From Treponema sp. (lineage in GTDB: Bacteria > Spirochaetota > Spirochaetia > Treponematales > Breznakiellaceae), in contig JAITRH010000246.1 of NCBI GenBank assembly GCA_031288495.1, positions 1 to 52,940 on the forward strand: a stretch of DNA of 52,940 nucleotides, in the 5' to 3' direction. Shown here one piece after another: positions 52,917 through 52,940 of the stretch. The position numbers and the translations under genes were made by a program. The number at the start of each line of letters is the position of its first letter. The first letter of the stretch is position 1. A model generated the notes under the pieces. The model was not told where the DNA came from. It searched no databases and was given only the letters and a program-made list of their open reading frames with translations.

Positions 52917-52940
52917 CGACCGGGGATGAAGGGCGCCCCC

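Overview
This looks like a chromosomal segment of a spirochaete, most likely a Treponema. Supporting signs are two tandem FlaB-type core flagellins ([10 protein letters not shown]...), flaB-flaB-fliD order, and a short sigA-type sigma gene back-to-back with a lone groES. I call about 55 protein genes and one tRNA-Pro(UGG). I recognised no rRNA, CRISPR array, transposase, integrase or phage gene.

Gene content in order:
- Minus strand: a 5'-truncated LeuC-like fragment, a Maf/DUF115 gene, a PpiD-like gene, tsaB-tsaE, two unknown genes coupled to fliD, fliD and two flaB genes.
- Then a PHP phosphoesterase, a thioesterase, the sigma factor, groES, trxB, a GH3 hexosaminidase and a GNAT.
- A NuoE/NuoF/GltD-fusion operon whose architecture matches Stn-type electron-bifurcating transhydrogenases.
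- An HD (SAMHD1/dGTPase-like) protein, a ComFB-domain protein, tRNA-Pro, cobO, pentapeptide-repeat and MBL proteins, ddl, and TPR and RlpA/SPOR envelope proteins.
- A seven-gene minus-strand envelope operon, followed by two duplicated XRE regulators.
- yaiI, manA, zapA, a zapB-like gene, rplT-rpmI-infC, a lamin-tail-domain lipoprotein and membrane proteins.

Most noteworthy findings:
1. The envelope operon pairs two FlgO/CsgG-like with two FlgP/LPP20-like proteins, a five-FN3 lipoprotein and an OM barrel. It sits next to a palindromic operator and the duplicated XRE genes.
2. A family of ~190-nt structured repeats occurs as four clear copies in two tandem pairs flanking the Stn-like operon, plus one degenerate copy. 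The copies show compensatory stem changes and a built-in anti-terminator/terminator pair, and all are co-oriented with the upstream gene.
3. A 127-bp AT-rich MITE with 18-bp terminal inverted repeats and a 9-bp target duplication lies upstream of infC.
4. The two tandem flaB genes have a near-perfect sigma-28 promoter and a sigma-70-type promoter respectively.

All family assignments are by eye from motifs. No searches or computations were run.
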